DNA of 64,000 nt from Azolla caroliniana (Eukaryota; Plantae; Polypodiophyta), in contig JBHGNT010000022.1 in the NCBI GenBank assembly GCA_043228905.1, positions 7,750,001 to 7,814,000 of the forward strand, read 5' to 3'. Positions 61,401 to 64,000 of the stretch are shown here, piece after piece (the first letter of the stretch is position 1; each line of letters begins with the position of its first letter). Under the pieces are notes generated by a model. The model ran no database searches. It was not told the DNA's origin and worked only from the letters and a program-made list of their open reading frames with translations. Both the position numbers and the translations under genes were made by a program.

Positions 61401-64000
61401 TGTGCAGCTCAATCATGTATTTCGCTAAATTGGTTTTAAATTATGTTTTTCACTTGCCATGAACATGAAGGTTAATATGAAAGTGCAACCCAAGGATATG
61501 AGTAGCTATGGTAGGCGAGAATACACACAGAAAAATGTATCTACAAACATCTATTCTTTTGAAAATGTTGTCGTCTTCTCTTTTCAATATTCTCTTTTCA
61601 GTTCTAGTCTTAGTATGAGTTTTACTTCTAGTCTTGGTTAGTTTATTAGTAATTGAGTACCCAAAGAGAAGCCATTAAAAGGGGAGGCTAATTCAATTAA
61701 GCTTCAATTAGTTTTAGTTAGAGTATTTTAAATGGCATTCATAGCTTGTGGAGCTCAATCATGTATTTCGTTTAATTGGTTTTAAATTATGTTTTCACTA
61801 GCCATGAACATTCAGGTTAATATGAAAGTGCACCCCAAGGATATGATTAGCTATGGTAGGCAAGAATACTCACAGAAAAATGTATCTAGCAACATCTATT
61901 CTTTTGAAAATGTTGTAGTCTTCTCTTTTCAATATTCTCTTTTTAGTTCTAGTCTTAGTATGAATTTAAGTTCTAGTCTTGCTTAGTTTATTAGTAATTG
62001 AGTACCCAAAGAGCAGCCATTGAAAGGGGAGGCTAAGTTAATTAGGCCTCAATTAGTTTCAGTCAAAGTATTTCACATAGCATTCATAGCTTCTGCAACT
62101 CAATCATGTATTTCGTTTAATTGGTTTTAAATTATGTTTTCACTAGCCATGAACATGAAAGTTAATATGAAAGTGCAGCCCAAGGATATGAGTAGCTATG
62201 GTAGGCAAGAATACACACAGAAAAATGTATCTACAAACATCTATTCTTTTGAAAATGTTGTAGTCTTCTCTTTTCAATATTCTCTTTTTAGTTCTAGTCT
62301 TAGTATGAATTTAAGTTCTAGTCTTGCTTAGTTTATTAGTAATTGAGTACCCAAAGAGCAGCCATTGAAAGGGGAGGCTAATTTAATTAGGCCTCAATTA
62401 GTTTCAGTCAAAGTATTTCACATAGCATTCATAGCTTCTGCAACTCAATCATGTATTTCGTTTAATTGGTTTTAAATTATGTTTTCACTAGCCATGAACA
62501 TGAAAGTTAATATGAAAGTGCAGCCCAAGGATATGAGTAGCTATGGTAGGCAAGAATACACACAGAAAAATGTATCTACAAACATCTATTCTTTTGAAAA
62601 TGTTGTAGTCTTCTCTTTTCAATATTCTCTTTTCAGTTCTAGTCTTAGTATGAATGTAAGTTCTAGTCTTGGTTAGTTTATTAGTAATTGAGTACCCAAA
62701 GAGCAGCCATTAAAAGCGGAGGCTAATTCAATTAAGCTTCAATTAGTTTCAGTTAGAGTATTTCACATGGCATTAATAGTTTGTGCAGCTCAATCATGTA
62801 TTTCGCTAAATTGGTTTTAAATTATGTTTTTCACTTGCCATGAACATGAAGGTTAATATGAAAGTGCAGCCCAAGGATATGAGTAGTTATCGTAGGACCG
62901 AATACACACAGAAAAATGTATCTACAAACATCTATTCTTTTGAAAATGTTGTCGTCTTCTCTTTTCAATATTCTCTTTTCAGTTCTAGTCTGAGTATGAA
63001 TTTAAATTCTAGTCTTGGTTGGTTTATTAGTAATTGAGTACCCAAAGAACAGCCATTGAAAGGGGAAGCTAATTCAGTTAAGCTTCAATTAGTTTCAGTT
63101 AGAGTATTTCACATGGCATTAATATTTTGTGCAGCTCAATCATGTATTTCGCTAAATTGGTTTTAAATTATGTTTTTCACTTGCCATGAACATGAAGGTT
63201 AATATGAAAGTGCAACCCAAGGATATGAGTAGCTATGGTAGGCGAGAATACACACAGAAAAATGTATCTACAAACATCTATTCTTTTGAAAATGTTGTCG
63301 TCTTCTCTTTTCAATATTCTCTTTTCAGTTCTAGTCTTAGTATGAGTTTTACTTCTAGTCTTGGTTAGTTTATTAGTAATTGAGTACCCAAAGAGAAGCC
63401 ATTAAAAGGGGAGGCTAATTCAATTAAGCTTCAATTAGTTTTAGTTAGAGTATTTTAAATGGCATTCATAGCTTGTGGAGCTCAATCATGTATTTCGTTT
63501 AATTGGTTTTAAATTATGTTTTCACTAGCCATGAACATTCAGGTTAATATGAAAGTGCACCCCAAGGATATGATTAGCTATGGTAGGCAAGAATACTCAC
63601 AGAAAAATGTATCTAGCAACATCTATTCTTTTGAAAATGTTGTAGTCTTCTCTTTTCAATATTCTCTTTTTAGTTCTAGTCTTAGTATGAATTTAAGTTC
63701 TAGTCTTGCTTAGTTTATTAGTAATTGAGTACCCAAAGAGCAGCCATTGAAAGGGGAGGCTAAGTTAATTAGGCCTCAATTAGTTTCAGTCAAAGTATTT
63801 CACATAGCATTCATAGCTTCTGCAACTCAATCATGTATTTCGTTTAATTGGTTTTAAATTATGTTTTCACTAGCCATGAACATGAAAGTTAATATGAAAG
63901 TGCAGCCCAAGGATATGAGTAGCTATGGTAGGCAAGAATACACACAGAAAAATGTATCTACAAACATCTATTCTTTTGAAAATGTTGTAGTCTTCTCTTT
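52443..64000. repeat. AT-rich 345/346-bp satellite array, about 33.5 monomers, running off the window end
   Basis: atgaacatgaaggttaatatgaaagtgc recurs at 52476, 52822, 53167 ... 63531, 63876; monomer variants recur in order. Confidence 0.98.

Noticed and set aside
52476-63713. Repeated 60-70 aa ORFs (MNMKVNMKVQPKDMSSYGR...) suggesting a tandem gene array
   Set aside because: One per satellite monomer, several monomers have in-frame stops, and no domain is recognisable; most likely incidental frames.

Overview
Eukaryotic, repeat-only window with no intact host gene; the element families suggest a seed-free plant, probably a moss (inference). Bases 1-52440 are a nested stack of decayed transposable elements, up to six levels deep, resolved from LTR termini, PBS/PPT motifs and target-site duplications (TSDs). 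A copia 3' LTR (108-352) is interrupted by gypsy A (from 353). Gypsy A carries a solo LTR (1879-2569), a 21.7 kb Sola2-like TIR DNA transposon (3173-24873), a full-length copia (25101-31008) and copia B. The Sola2-like element contains a chromovirus (9344-19969), which itself holds truncated gypsy F. Copia B contains copia C (33149-52082), which contains copia D (34521-48137), which contains gypsy E (34766-42689) and a solo LTR (43795-44335). From about 52443 to the end is a 345/346-bp satellite with higher-order structure. Most unusual features: gypsy E has a tRNA-Arg 3'-end sequence where its polypurine tract should be, the Sola2-like element carries a spliced RING-H2 cargo gene, and the chromovirus LTR contains an antisense tRNA-like Pol III cassette and a self-priming-type PBS. 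Family and tRNA assignments are from recalled motifs, not database searches.
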